DNA of 64,000 nucleotides. It comes from Schizochytrium sp. TIO01. Lineage: Eukaryota > Protista > Bigyra: Labyrinthulomycetes. The stretch is from NCBI GenBank assembly GCA_004764695.1, contig SMSO01000014.1:5280845-5344844 (forward strand), given 5' to 3'. The notes under the pieces were generated by a model that had not been told where the DNA came from, searched no databases, and saw only the letters and a program-made list of their open reading frames with translations. The position numbers and the translations under genes are program-made. Positions 32,982 through 45,676 of this stretch are shown here, piece by piece (the first letter of the stretch is position 1; each line of letters begins with the position of its first letter).

Positions 32982-35696
32982 CTAATCATCATAACCCTCA
33001 ATGGCTTCTCTGCGGCGCTCAATGGCTTCCGCTAAAGCGTTGAATAGAGAATTCCCCGCTGGTCCAAACGAATTCTTCTTTTTTGGGGAAACCGAGCCAA
33101 CCGAATCATCATGCTCATTATTCGGTTCTGCATGCCGAAGTTTAGAACGATCAAAGTTCGCAATGCCTGCCATGAGGGGATTTGCCGGCCCGTGTTGACA
33201 ACTTTTCATTTGCTGGCGTGGGCTTCGTATGCTTAAGTTTACTTCTATCGAAATTGGCGATCCCTGCAACTAAAGGGTTTGAACTTGATGAAGTCGGTGC
33301 ATTGTTCTCTTTTTCAGAGTTGCTTTTATTATCAAGTGGTGCAGTGTGGCGCAGCTTGCTCCGATCAAAGTTGGCAATACCTGTGATGAGAGATCTCGAT
33401 TCTTCTGGAGCAGCTTTCTTATCTGTTCCAAGGCGACTCTCCTTCTCAGCATGTGCATCAATATGCTCAAGCTTTTCGCGGTTAAACTGGGAAATGCTCG
33501 CCAAAAGAGCTTTGGGGGGTGTTGTAGACTCTCCATCGTTGGCATTTTCTACACCCTTCCTAACATCAATGGCAGATGTTTCTTGGGGCTCAAGATATGC
33601 ATCACGCTCATCGTTTTGTTCCGCGCGATATTTTTTTTTGCGCACACTTGCTCTTCGTCATCGAGCAACATGATATTTGACATAATAATTTCGTTTTCTT
33701 CTTCGTCATGAGTTGCAATTTCATCGTCGTCCTCCACAGGGCGAGGAGAAGATGGCTGAAGAGAAGTAGAAATATCATCGCTATTGTCCTCTGCTGGGTT
33801 GCTATTCTCAACTTGATTGGACAAAGGCTTGGAAAGGTCTTCATCAGACCCCTCATCCTCCAAAGCATCACATGGAAAAGTGCCTGAGGTTTCAACAGTT
33901 ACTACAGGCGCCTTCTCTGACGAAGTCCTGGTACTGTTTCTCCCCAACGATTCAAGCTGTGCTTGTACCAAGCGCTCTTTAGCAACGCTAACTTCGACTA
34001 GGGCAGGCTTCACCGTTTGGCTCTGGTAGCTAGCGAACGCAACATCACTGTGGTCGACGTCAATCTCAATTTCTGAACTCTCTTGAACCTTAGACTTCTT
34101 CGGGAGCGCTGCCTCAACAACCTCGAGAGAACAACGGACTAAGCTGGCAAGACTATGAGTGTCCAAGTTTGAGACGTGGAAAGCCTCCTCAGTTAGGAGG
34201 TGTTTAGCAGCATCCTCGTTAAGTTCAGAAGCCGCCCAATGCACAAAGTCATTCTTTGTCCAAAGCTGCTGGGAAAAGTATCTCCAGCGCTCAGTATGAG
34301 GGACGAGTTTGCCCTGTTCTACAAGCTCTGAGCAAGTCTCACATTCTACAAACCTTTTGGCGCAATCCCCCTTGACATGATCGTGCACATCCTCAAAAGG
34401 AACTTTCTCACCACCTGTACGTTATATGAGCATTACAGCAGTAAAAAACCAAATATTCAACCAACCCAGCAAATAATCATTCCGGCAATCAATTAATTAA
34501 GAAATGAAGCAAAGAACAAAACAAACCAGGACAAAAGCGTTAGTTCTACTGTACCGCTACAAATATTCCAATGAATCAAATACCCAACACTTGCAAGGGT
34601 ACCTATTGATTATATAAAACAAACTTACATCCCAAAGGGCAAGAAACCTGTCGAAGTTTGCACTGATCAGACACGTGCTCGTAGATGGATGATGCCCTAT
34701 CCAGGAGGATTGACCCGCAACCTAGTGGACAACGCACTTCATTGTCACGAAGATCACGTTGCGTGGCGCATTCCGTCTCCTTAATCTGACGCTCTTTGTC
34801 CAGTCCGAGCATGTGGGCACCTCGCAACATTTCCACAGCCTGAAGATCCGCCCACCCAATCGATAACACCCTTAGGAGCTTTGCGACTGTGAGCAGATCT
34901 GCACTGACTCCAGGAACTCCCTGGTCTGCCATCCACTGCAACACACGCCTCCTCTCCTCTTGCATCTGGCCGGCAGCGGCTTTCGCGCTCCGACTTAATG
35001 CCTCCTTTAATCTTTGCAAGATTGATTTGCACGGCTCTCTGGGCTCTATGGCACCAAAGGGAATCTGCGCCAAGGAGAGGTCCCCTGCCGGACGCACAGC
35101 GATGTTGTTCTGTGCCATCAGCGTGGAGATGGCCTCATAGAAAGCAGCCCGCAGCAGGTCAGGGCCCATGCCCTGGCAAGTGGTCTCCAGCAGCCGGACT
35201 CCTAGTCTAGCGGCCAAGCTACGGGCCTCCTCCAGAGAGACCTGCCTGCGCCGCGTAAGATCAATTTTATGCGCGAGGATGCAGCATATCTGTTGCGCAG
35301 GTCCTTCCTGGTGCGCCAACTTATGCCAGTACGCCACCTCCTCGAAGGAGGCACGCGAGGTCACATCGAAGACAATGTACACCACGTGTGCGCGGCGGAA
35401 ATACGTCTGAGCCAAGCCTGAGCTTACGTGCTCAAGCCGCGCCAAGTCCCATACGTCCACGTGAAGGTCCTCTCCGCCCAATCTGCACTCTCCGCGATGA
35501 AGGCCGCTCCGAAGAGCTCTGTGGTGAGCCAGGCCGTGCTCAGAGACCACCCTGACGCAGACACATTGTCGTGCACGAGACCGCTCAGACCACCCAGTGG
35601 AGAAGAGGCTACACGGGGAGTGCGTACGAGCTCACGAGACAGAGAAGTCTTGCCACTGCCCACGCTACCGCAGACCAGCACGCTTGCGTCGCGCAT
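32982..35696 (-). pseudogene. Rab-like GTPase - TRAF-type zinc fingers - 4x WH2 - C/A tail gene; one intron, three frameshifts
   Basis: P-loop GSVGSGKT, GAAF, VDVWDLA, YFRRA...VFDVT..SF, HKID. Zinc fingers CPLGC..H...C x2. WH2 repeats of type LxAGIANFDRSKLRH. Tail LFNALAEAIERRREAIEGYDD. Frameshifts near 35500, 33635 and 33200. Pseudogene versus assembly error is unresolved. Confidence 0.75.
34415..34628 (-). other. Spliceosomal intron (214 nt, GTAAG...CAG)
   Basis: Splicing restores CPLGC|GEKVPFEDVHDHVKGDCAKRFVECETC, a complete TRAF-type finger in frame with ORF 33549..34388. Confidence 0.85.
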
Positions 35697-37904
35697 GATC
35701 GCAGGCAGGCAGGCAGACAGACTCTAGTTAGACCAGATCTGCTGTATACCTGCTGTTTGTCCGCTACTTGCTCAGCTCAGACTTCGCTCTGAAAGGCACT
35801 CAATGAGAGGCAAGCTGTAGTCCTGTGGCGGAGACGAGAAAGACTTGCTGCTTTCTCACCTTTGAATAGGACTCTGACTCTGCCTCTGTCACTCTCTTCG
35901 ATTCACTCTGTGTATAACTCAGAGCGAGCGAAGGACACAGGAGTTCGGAACGTGCAGAAGTTGAAGTGTCTTGAAGTCAAGGAGACGTTCTAGTCGGAGA
36001 TCAAGGCTACTTAAGACTCGTGAACGAGGTGTGCTTGTACTTGAAGTGGTTTGTTTGTCTAGTCGTTTGGTTGTTCTGTGCAGACAAAGCAAGAAGCACC
36101 AAGGCCCGGCGTGGGGCAGAAGGACGAACGAGAGAACCAAGGTCAAGGAGGCCGCGAAGCGGAACTACCTCCTTCGCTGGTTGAACGCAAATCAGAGAAA
36201 TATTATCTAGTCAGGCCCTCTCGGTAGAGTCTTCAAATGCCTCTTTTTGAATGAACCTGAGAGACGAAACCTCGAGAAGAAGGATGAATGAGTGAGAATG
36301 AGCGATTGAATGAATGACCTGCCGGAGCTGAGCTGTCTCACTTTGAATTAGCTTTCTTTTATTCTTCTTTGTCTATAGGCCTAGTGCAATTTATATTTAA
36401 AAGAAAAAACAACAACACTAACTCCCTATCTATCTATCTACAGTAGCAGCAGTTCTTTTTACTTTAATTTTAAAATAAAATAAAAATAAAAATTAACAAT
36501 CATACTCAGAGGAAAGAGGTAGTAGTAGGACCATGTAGTCAACTATATAGCCACGTTATGGGTTTCTTCTCGCCTTATAACAATCTCGAATAGTGAGCCC
36601 TACTACGAAACACCTACATAGAATACTAGTACTGTTGCTATATAACACTAACTGAGTCTGTGGTCAATCACAGAGTGTATAAGCGTTCGCGTGCCCAGAA
36701 ATGCAGTGGCAATAATTCACGAAAGCCATTCGAGGTACTCTACCTAATAGGAGATCATAACACGAGGGCTTGCCAGTGCCGGCAGAGAAGCAGACTCCTA
36801 TTGACTACGCAGGCTCCGAGTCTACACTGTGTTAGGAGCCATGATCAGAGAAAAAGGAAAAGAAGCGAACTTTGCGAAGCCTCAACTCCCACAACGAACG
36901 AGCTAGCAAAGTAGTAGTAGGCTACGACCTAGTACACAGCTCTAGAGAAAGAAAGGCACTGTGTTTGTACAGACAGTAAGAACGTAGGCACTTTACTTCT
37001 CAGGCGGCAGTCAGACAGAGGGAATGAGTTATGAAATCTTCCAGCCCCACTCATTTGCCAGCCACTCTCACAACTCAACTGATGTGATTGTTTTGGCCTT
37101 GCCTTTGGGTGTTGGCCAGACACTGCGACAGCTTTCATGCAAGGCTTTGACGCTGGCAAGTGAGAGTGCCAAGACTATCTCTCTCACTGTGATTTCTTAC
37201 TGCGTAGTTCAAGAATCATCCAACTTGAATGAAATTACACAGATCGACGATGTAGTGCGCAGGAACCTAGCTAGCTAGTATCATGGAGATCGATATCATC
37301 AAGACAGAAGAACCGTTCGAGCACAAGCGCATCCATCCATCCATCCACCGTCCATCTGTCATGACTGATGGGGCCATTTGAGCTGGGCGGAAGAACTTCA
37401 AGAGCTTAGGTCCAAGGCAGCTAGCTAGTTCTTGGCGGATGAGCTCCGCGAGGACCTGCTCCCACACGAACTTGCTGCCACACAAAGAGGAGAGTTCCTT
37501 CCTGCGCCTACCTCCACCAATGAGGGAACGGGGAAACAGACCTCGGAGGCGAACCTGAGTTCTGTGGTCCAGCAACGACTCGTTTGGTACAGGTACCTTG
37601 CCTGACCCATTGAAGAATCAACACGGCTCAGGCAGGCGGCAACAGCTTTGAGACACTACGTACGTACCTATCTGCTCCCTTGGTGGGAGCTGATGAGGAG
37701 AAGGAAGGCCTGTCTCTGGTTCTGCCTCGTGGCTAGTCTCTGCTCTCTGCTTTTAAGAGGCCGGTGTTGGCGTTGAAGAAGGCAGCTTCGACACCCATCA
37801 CCGACCAGGACGATTCGGAGAGTCAATTTGGAATTCTTGCCTGTTATTAGGTACGTAAGATTATTCAATGATGATATATTCTTCATAGGATGAAAAGATC
37901 AAAC

Positions 37905-37968
37905 AAGCCAAAACAAAAGCCAAAACAAAAGCCAAAACAAAAGCCAAAACAAAAGCCAAAACAAAAGC
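37905..37968. repeat. 12-bp tandem repeat (AAGCCAAAACAA) x~5
   Basis: Read directly from the sequence. Confidence 0.9.
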
Positions 37969-40513
37969 AAAACACAGGCTTTGATGGAATAATGATGGAA
38001 TAATGGGCAAAAAGGAAATGCGTGCGGAAGAGATTGAACGTGTGGGACTCGTTGGGGTTTCCAAGGCAGAATATCTCCAGCTCATTATTCTTAAGTTCTG
38101 GAGAATGACCGTGAGGTGGATGGGGATTCGCAGTTCCTGAGTAGTACTACCTAGCTAGTATGTATACTAGCTAAATAGCTAGCCAGGCATATCCTAGCTA
38201 GCCAGTTATTCCTGGTAGCACTGATGCGAAAAGTGAGTTGAATTGAGGTGGCTGATTCCAGACACTGCAGGAAATCGTGAGCTTCAGGGTTTTGTCTGCA
38301 CGTTCCAAAAAGAGCACGATAGGTACTACCTGGTACCACCTCCCTCATTGGGTTATAAATTGTACTCTCACTAGTCAGGGGTACTGAGTTAATTTTTTTT
38401 AACTTGGGTGAAAAAACTCAAGCTATCTGTATGAATTGTGATGGACCTCACTTTGGACAACCTAAGAATGGCATAAAAATAACAAGTGCCACCAGCTAAG
38501 GTATAAAGCCATCTTCTAAGCAGTGTCCCGAGATTTAACTTTGGTTTGATTCGAGGGGTCTCCCATTGATCGGTTGAACCTGCTTTGAAGATTTTGCTAT
38601 AAACAGAACCGAAATCCAGCTTGGTTTTCGGAAAGTTTTCGCGGCGACAGCGCAACAGAGTCTATACAAAGGTTTTTCAGTATAGCTACCTAGCACAATT
38701 TACATTTTTCAATCATAGCTAAATAATAAACCTAACACCCGCCACAATTTAGCAGGCTGATGTCCTCGAAAGTGAGACCAACAATTATATTGTTCTGGAA
38801 GTTTTAATATTTTAGTGGCTTCCTTCTGTTTTGATATTCTTGTTGAAGTGGAGCTCCTTTTAAAGATTTCAAGGGTGGTATGACACATTCATCTCAAAAG
38901 GTAGAATCATGAAAGTAGAGCTCATCATCTCGCTGAAAAGCACTCTCACCAGTAAGAGGCTGCTCCTATAAATCTATAAATCCTTTTACTTGGTAAAATT
39001 CAACTAAAAGCATATAGGACTATCTACGGTTTAAAAGTGAATCACATAACCAGCTGCTTAGCTTGTGTCTCCAAAACTTTATGTAGATTAAGGCATTGTT
39101 CAGGAAAGTTAACAAACAGACTGCATGGTACTATGAGCTATTGTCACTTTTGATCATCTCAAAACCATCAGTAGTTGCATTGTTCTAACATGTCGATGTA
39201 TATAACAGCAGATCATAATCAAGAAAATAAACTCTATTTTCTAATTTCATATATACAAGGAAGCATATTTGACGACCCATGCAGGGCTTATGCTACCCAA
39301 ACTTAGAACTCACTCAAGAAGAGCTTCTACTACTTGGTTCGAGACGGCGTATTTGGTTCAATCCGGGTAGTAGCAGATTGAGATTGTAAACTAAACTGTG
39401 GAGCTAAGTTACAAGCAAGTCAAACGTTTCGAGATGCGGCTTTTGAAGCTCTGTAGAGTGGCTGTCTGGCGCATATAAAACTATCGCCAAAAGATATAAT
39501 GTAGAAAAACGATAACTTTGCTTTCCCCGTTAATAGACAGCATCATGTGTGGTGCATCTACTACATCGCATAGGATTAGCAACAAGGATGAAATTAATCT
39601 ACGACACAAATCAAATAGAAAGTGGGTTTGGACTCTCCTTGAATACTAATCAGCGCAACCCTGAGCTGTCAGGGGCTCAGGGATTTTGCATGCTGGGTAT
39701 ATTTTATGTCTGTGTTCATCATCATTTTTCACAATTGTCATCCCAGGTTAACAATTGGAGCTGTACTCCATCTACAAAGTAGTGGGCCATAAAAATATAG
39801 CACACATGAGCTAGGTGAGCTCAATTAGACCTTTCCCGGGTTATCAGACAATTCGGCGCGAATCCTAAAGTTTTGCGACCAATACTGTTGCTAATCTTTA
39901 GTCTGTTCTCCCACATTTATTTCGTGTTGAGCCTATACATTGCATTCTAGTATTAGTGGTATATAGGGTTAATTGACTATCTTCTACTACTAAGTCTTAT
40001 ATTGAAGTAGAAGATGGATGAACAGTCAATTCTCCCTAAACTTTGATCCATCGACATCAACTCAGATTTCTTGCTTTCTCACTCCCTTACCGCAAACTCG
40101 TGCGTAGATAGCGCGCGTGCACAGGAAGGCTGTGTCCGTGTGGAAGGAATATCACATTATTATTATAGGCCGCTGCACAGTCTCTAAGTCTCTGTTCGAG
40201 CGAGATTGGAGAGCCAAACAGGGACACCGTGGAGGTGAAAAGCTCGCGGGGGCTGGACTTCTCCTCCTTGGTGACCCTAGTATAACAACAAGCAAGAGCA
40301 ACTGCCTTGCGAGAATAACAGCCGAGATTCGAGCAAGCTTTCAATAAGACTTAGGCCTAAATCTGTAAAGAAGAGAACGAGGAGGAAGAAGAAGCGGAGT
40401 AAAACAAATCAACTTTTGGTGGACGGTCTTGCTTTTTTGTTTTGTTTGCATAAATTAGCTTGAAAGGATAGAGCTAGAGTCTCACGAGCTTTTATTTGCA
40501 TTTCTTAAGACCA

Positions 40514-41575
40514 ATGAATGGCGTACAAAAACAAAATGGCCTCTCTCATGGAGCGCCAAGAGACAATACTCTGAAACCTGTACTGTCCTCGAAAGACATC
40601 TTATTTGATAACCTACTCCGGTCACCTGATTTGGATTTAGATAAACTGCGAGCTGCGAGCTGGACACGCGTGCCGGATAGAGTTCGCGGGCCTGTGTGGC
40701 AGCTACTTCTAGGATACTTACCTACAAAACGAGACCGACGTGAGGTCACACTTCAAAGGAAGCGCCAAGAGTACTTCGACTGCTTGCCCATGTATTATAA
40801 TAATGCAGATGCAGAGCGTTCTGAGGACGACCAAAAGATGCTCCGCCAAATTCTGCTTGATATCCCACGAACAAACCCTGGAATGCCCCTATTCCATTGC
40901 GATGAAGTCCGCCGGAGTTTTGAACGTATGCTGTACATTTGGGCAATTAGACATCCTGCCAGTGGTTACGTGCAAGGCATGAATGATTTAGTGACACCCT
41001 TCTACGTAGTCTTTCTTGCTCACCACATTAGTGGCGGGGACATTGAGACTATTAACGCTTATGATGCTTCCACCGTTGACCCAGAAATTCTTCGCGCGGT
41101 AGAGGCTGATTCCTACTGGTGTCTCACTAAACTTTTGGATGGCATCCAGGACCACTACACCATGCTGCAACCAGGGCTACAGCGCATGTTCTACCGCTTA
41201 CAAGGTATAATTCAACGAATCGATCAACCTTTACATGATCATTTACAGAAAGAGCATGTGGACTTTAACCAGTTTGCTTTTCGATGGATGAATTGTCTTT
41301 TAGTGCGTGAACTTGAGTTAAATTCAATTGTGCGCCTTTGGGATACTTATCTAGCAGAAGACCGAGAGGGGTTTGATTCGTTTCATGTATACGTTTGTGC
41401 TGCTCTGTTGGTAACTTGGTCAGGGGAGCTACAGCGGATGAGCTTTCAGGATTTACTCATCTTTTTGCAAAACCTCCCAACCAGTGACTGGGACGTAGCT
41501 AGAATCGAGGAACTCTTAGGTCAAGCATTCATTCTCAAAACATTATTCAATGAATCTCCGAGTCACCTCATTTAA
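40514..41575 (+). CDS. GYP1: TBC-domain Rab GTPase-activating protein, GYP1/TBC1D22 type
   Basis: VWQLLLGYLP, QILLDIPRT (Arg finger), WAIRHPASGYVQGMNDLVTPF (Gln finger), EADSYWCL, QFAFRWMNCLLVRE. First ATG at 40514; an upstream exon is possible. Confidence 0.92.
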   Translation: MNGVQKQNGLSHGAPRDNTLKPVLSSKDILFDNLLRSPDLDLDKLRAASWTRVPDRVRGPVWQLLLGYLPTKRDRREVTLQRKRQEYFDCLPMYYNNADAERSEDDQKMLRQILLDIPRTNPGMPLFHCDEVRRSFERMLYIWAIRHPASGYVQGMNDLVTPFYVVFLAHHISGGDIETINAYDASTVDPEILRAVEADSYWCLTKLLDGIQDHYTMLQPGLQRMFYRLQGIIQRIDQPLHDHLQKEHVDFNQFAFRWMNCLLVRELELNSIVRLWDTYLAEDREGFDSFHVYVCAALLVTWSGELQRMSFQDLLIFLQNLPTSDWDVARIEELLGQAFILKTLFNESPSHLI

Positions 41576-42395
41576 AGAGTGGGTCCTATCACAAATCAAT
41601 ACACTTCCCTCGCTTTGAGTTATATAACCCCGATTTAGCAATGTAGAACCTTGACTTAGCTGGTAGAGGGACTCCCCAGTTGCGTGAACACAATGAAAGG
41701 CTGTGTTTGTTCAGCCAGACTGGTTGATGTGCTTGGGCTCGTGAACACTCGCTTCGATTTGACTTCATGCACTTTCTGTGTGTGACGATATATCATCTGA
41801 CCAACACAACTTTGACTACATCATTTTTATAAAGCACAAATACAAAAGAACAGAGAAAGTTGCGCAATCGGGTTACTTTATTGCGAATTAGTCAGACTGA
41901 CATTGCAATGAAGGAACTCATATGCTACTGATACGTTGCTCCTGCGTCTGCTTGAAGTGTGCCGCCCTTTAACGGTTGGCTCCGCTGGAGCGATTTCCTT
42001 TATTATTTCACAATTACGGATTGTGCTCTTGCAAAATATCCTTACTTTATAAAAACAGAAGAAGTTTTGTTTTTGCTTCCTACGTATTTTAAACAGTATA
42101 TCTTGATAGAGGGGTTTGAACAAATATTAATACTTCGAAGTTCTTGATTCAGAGTATGGGGCAATCCCAGTTAAATGAAATAAAACAAAACAAATAAGAA
42201 CATTTGACAATGAAGAGAGTATTGAAGTGAATATGTAAAGACAAAAATTTATTCAATCAAAAAGCTATAATTCTAAGAGATATACATGCTAGGCAAGCAA
42301 AGCTAGAGATTAGTAGAAGATAAAAACAAACAAAACAAGACTCTTGGTCACTGCAATACTAAACATTAGGGGCGAGCAGGTTTTTGTCAGCACTA

Positions 42396-44288
42396 TTAAG
42401 CAACCTCGACTCCCTGGTCAGCTGGAAGGTCCGCCGCACGGTTTGCAGGTTCTTGCTGTTCGTCTGCACGAGCGACAACATTCCAGGAGGGGATGATTGA
42501 CAAAACAAATGCCTTGAAAAAGTAGTACGTGTCAGCAACAAAGCCATTCGGAACTTGCTCAGTAGTGGCAATATGACCAAGCTCATGCAAACGCTGCCGG
42601 TGGAAAAAGGCAACTTGTTGTTCACGCGTGCCCAAAATTGGCTCCAAATACCCAGTTTCATATAGGTAGATAAGCGCTGCGCCCAGGAGCATCATATAAA
42701 ACTGTACAGAAGAGGTATCGTTCTTCAAAAAGTACACTACCAAACCAAGTTTGATAATGAGCTGCACATTGATAACAATCACACGCTGCAAGACAGGAAC
42801 TCCAGCTTCATGCCGACCGCGTGCTCCACGAGCCCCTAAAGCACCGCCCGCTGCCACAGCTGCACCTGGAGCATCTCCGTCAAAGTGTCGCTCGTTTTCA
42901 GCTTGGACGTCAGGGCGATGGGCATACTCACCATCATGTCGTGGTTCATCATGTGCAGATGGATCCCGCTGAGCACGCTGGGCTGCATGGCGGCGCAAAT
43001 AATCAGTGAACTGGCCGTGTTGATGCGTAGATTGTGAATGGTTATAACCTCCTCGTGTTTGCGCAGCAGCAAAATTTGACCCAGCTGAAAATGCAGACAC
43101 TTGTCCGGCGTGACCTGTAGCACCCCAAAAGGGGTAATGCTGGCCCGGCATCATGTCTCCCATAGCATGCATAGGTATGAGCCGAGCAGCAGTAGCCTGG
43201 ACACGTTGAGACAACTCGATAGCCCGCATGAGTTTCTCGTAATGAAATTTAAATGAAGCGATACATTCCTCATACGATTGAGGCTCCTCCTGTTCTTCAT
43301 TAAAGTCTTCTTCATCCAAAGAGTCATGTGGTTTAATGCCATCGCCCCCAATACTGCCTGTTCTTCCGGCTTGTTGACTGGCGCCATCTATGGGGTGTAG
43401 CATATTTGAAGATGTCCTGCTGCTTTGCCCCAGCGCCTGGGCAAAATTTTCTATCGAGTTCATCCGGTCGTTCCAAGGGGCCTGTGAATCACGCCAGTTC
43501 TCTTCTTCCTCGTTAAACCAAGCCAGCGCAATTGGATCAAAGCCAGACCAAGAAGGTGGTCGGCTCATACCCATCTCATGAAGCATTTGTTGCTGAAATT
43601 GGAGAAGCTGCTGGTTGTCCAAGGCGTATTCAGGGACCATGCGTGGCACAGGCCGACGGCCATGGTCCACAAAGCCAGAGCCAGAGGCAGACCCGCCTAG
43701 GGTAGCATTGGTAGTGCCAGAGTGAACTCCCGTTGTACCTGCCAAGCCAGCAAGAGTTGCGACCTCACCAAGGTTTTGCCCATGCTCGTACAGTGGGTAG
43801 GGAGAATTACTGTCAGGAGGCACATGATTGAGTCTTGACTCAACGTTCATGTCTTCAGATACCCCTGTTGACATTCGAGGTAGAGAGTCATCCGGACCAG
43901 AGTCTTCAGTTGAGTGTGTGCTTGTTGAAATTGGACAAAGCGGAGGGGGTGATGGGGTTGAAGAGGGTGGAGATGGTTCTGGGGCGGGAGGTGGGCTAGT
44001 CACCAGGTGTAAGGTCATGGACTCATCCGCTGGCCAGCGAGCAAAAACAGAATGGACAATCTCATCATCAGAGAGAACTCGTCCATGAAAGATTAGCTTC
44101 TGGTCAGCCACATCAGGCTTCCAGGGGTGTTCCTGAGTGAGAAGGGCTTTGATATCCCGGATCTTGCCTTCCTGAGTAAGGGTCCATGAAAGATTCACGG
44201 GTTTGGGATAATACGGGTGCATTACAACCAGTGTTATATCGCGGTCCCGCCAGCTTCCATCGCCTGATGCAGAGGCTCCTGAAGACAT
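42396..44288 (-). CDS. HERP/HERPUD-like ER membrane protein with N-terminal ubiquitin-like domain
   Basis: UBL motif IKALL..EHPWKP....QKLIFHGRVLSD...TLHLV; low-complexity middle; C-terminal IKLGLVVYFL...LIYLYETG and FFKAFVLSIIP. Confidence 0.8.
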   Translation of the reverse strand: MSSGASASGDGSWRDRDITLVVMHPYYPKPVNLSWTLTQEGKIRDIKALLTQEHPWKPDVADQKLIFHGRVLSDDEIVHSVFARWPADESMTLHLVTSPPPAPEPSPPSSTPSPPPLCPISTSTHSTEDSGPDDSLPRMSTGVSEDMNVESRLNHVPPDSNSPYPLYEHGQNLGEVATLAGLAGTTGVHSGTTNATLGGSASGSGFVDHGRRPVPRMVPEYALDNQQLLQFQQQMLHEMGMSRPPSWSGFDPIALAWFNEEEENWRDSQAPWNDRMNSIENFAQALGQSSRTSSNMLHPIDGASQQAGRTGSIGGDGIKPHDSLDEEDFNEEQEEPQSYEECIASFKFHYEKLMRAIELSQRVQATAARLIPMHAMGDMMPGQHYPFWGATGHAGQVSAFSAGSNFAAAQTRGGYNHSQSTHQHGQFTDYLRRHAAQRAQRDPSAHDEPRHDGEYAHRPDVQAENERHFDGDAPGAAVAAGGALGARGARGRHEAGVPVLQRVIVINVQLIIKLGLVVYFLKNDTSSVQFYMMLLGAALIYLYETGYLEPILGTREQQVAFFHRQRLHELGHIATTEQVPNGFVADTYYFFKAFVLSIIPSWNVVARADEQQEPANRAADLPADQGVEVA

Positions 44289-45676
44289 TTTGCTTCCTCA
44301 GAAGAAATTAACTCTCAATTATGAACTATCACTGATGAGCAATCTAAGGACTTGCGGATTTGGAGGATCCGCTCTAAAACGTAAAATAAAAAAAGGTGTT
44401 GCTGTTTGCAACCCGCCTGTACAAGAAGGAATGGTCTTCACTCTGAAGCCAGGGAAGATACAAAACAAGGAGACCTACTCAACACGTGAGCTGAAAGCAA
44501 CAGCCTAGACTCGCCTCCGCTCTATGCTCCGGGGTCTCTGGAGCGGATAACCGGTTTGCTGAAAAAGCCACCTTGGAGGGTTGATTACAGTGGTCACGTG
44601 AGGATAGCTAACAGAGTTTTCCAACGCAATGTTTTAGGCGGCAGAGTTAGAGACAACCTGTAGCTCCCCACAGGCTTTCAGTTTGCGCTTCTTCGGCGCT
44701 CTTTCCTGCGAGGTACTATGGTTTGAGACTGCCGATTGATTGTCCGCGTGTGTGTCTGTCTCTCTGTTTCTCTCTAGTATTTTCCTATGTTTGACTGTCG
44801 CTGAGCCAGAGGGGTTACTGTTAATACTAGGCACTAGCACCTAATAGTACCTCTATATGATCGTAATTAGTACTTTAGAATAAGAATCTCTTAGTCACTA
44901 CTTAGCTGGTTAATATATCTACTATTTTAGATATAGTAGTAGAGAGAGTTTAATGCAAAGGAATTTGTAGCTTAATACTGGGCTGGTCTTCAAATTAAAA
45001 GCTTGTTGTTGTTGTTGGTGATGTTGCAAGTAACCGAGACGGGCCAGACTCGACAGGCATTGCCAAAATTGAAAGCGTGGTGGCTGTGATATTTTCTCCA
45101 AATCACGATGGAGTTTGAAGAACATGGCGCAGTGGACCCTGGATCAAATTGTTCTGGTTCTGTTTGGAAGTATAACTTTGAGTTTGGGTCAAATATTCAC
45201 AGTCAACATGTAATCAACGAAGCAGTTGTCATAGATGCACATAACAAGCGCATTGGAACTTTCCAATTCTTGTTGTGAGTTTGTAGAGACAAGAACATCA
45301 CATATAATCACAACGTTTGACTAAATGAATGAGATGTAGAATATAATATAGTGATCTAGCGAGAAAGATAGAGTAGTGACAAAGAACATGAACTAGCGGG
45401 AGAAACCTAGTTCACTTAGTATGGGATAGCAAGAGCTTTCATCTGCAGAAGTTCAAAGAATTGGAAGGAAGAATATCAGGACACCATGATACGATAATCA
45501 AAATCCAAAATCAAAGATAAGCAAAGACAGGAGGCGGTTAACAGTAACAGGGTAGGAGTATTTTACAAATAAGTACAATGCAGTAGTCCATCAAGGAAAC
45601 GAAGAGAGAAGATATTACATTTCTATCTCTCTCCCTCCATTTCCTTTGTAAAGCAATAAGAATTGACTAACCGAGC

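Noticed and set aside
37267-37650. Coding-like stretch with stops on the plus strand
   Set aside because: No recognisable domain; a pseudogene call cannot be supported without a search.
38605-38640. LSENQAGFR on the minus strand, resembling a LINE reverse-transcriptase motif
   Set aside because: No flanking RT motifs (YRPISL upstream, YADD downstream); compatible with chance.
39327-39373. GGTTCAATCC B-box-like sequence in a hairpin; possible tRNA
   Set aside because: No cloverleaf or A-box; only an imperfect stem-loop.
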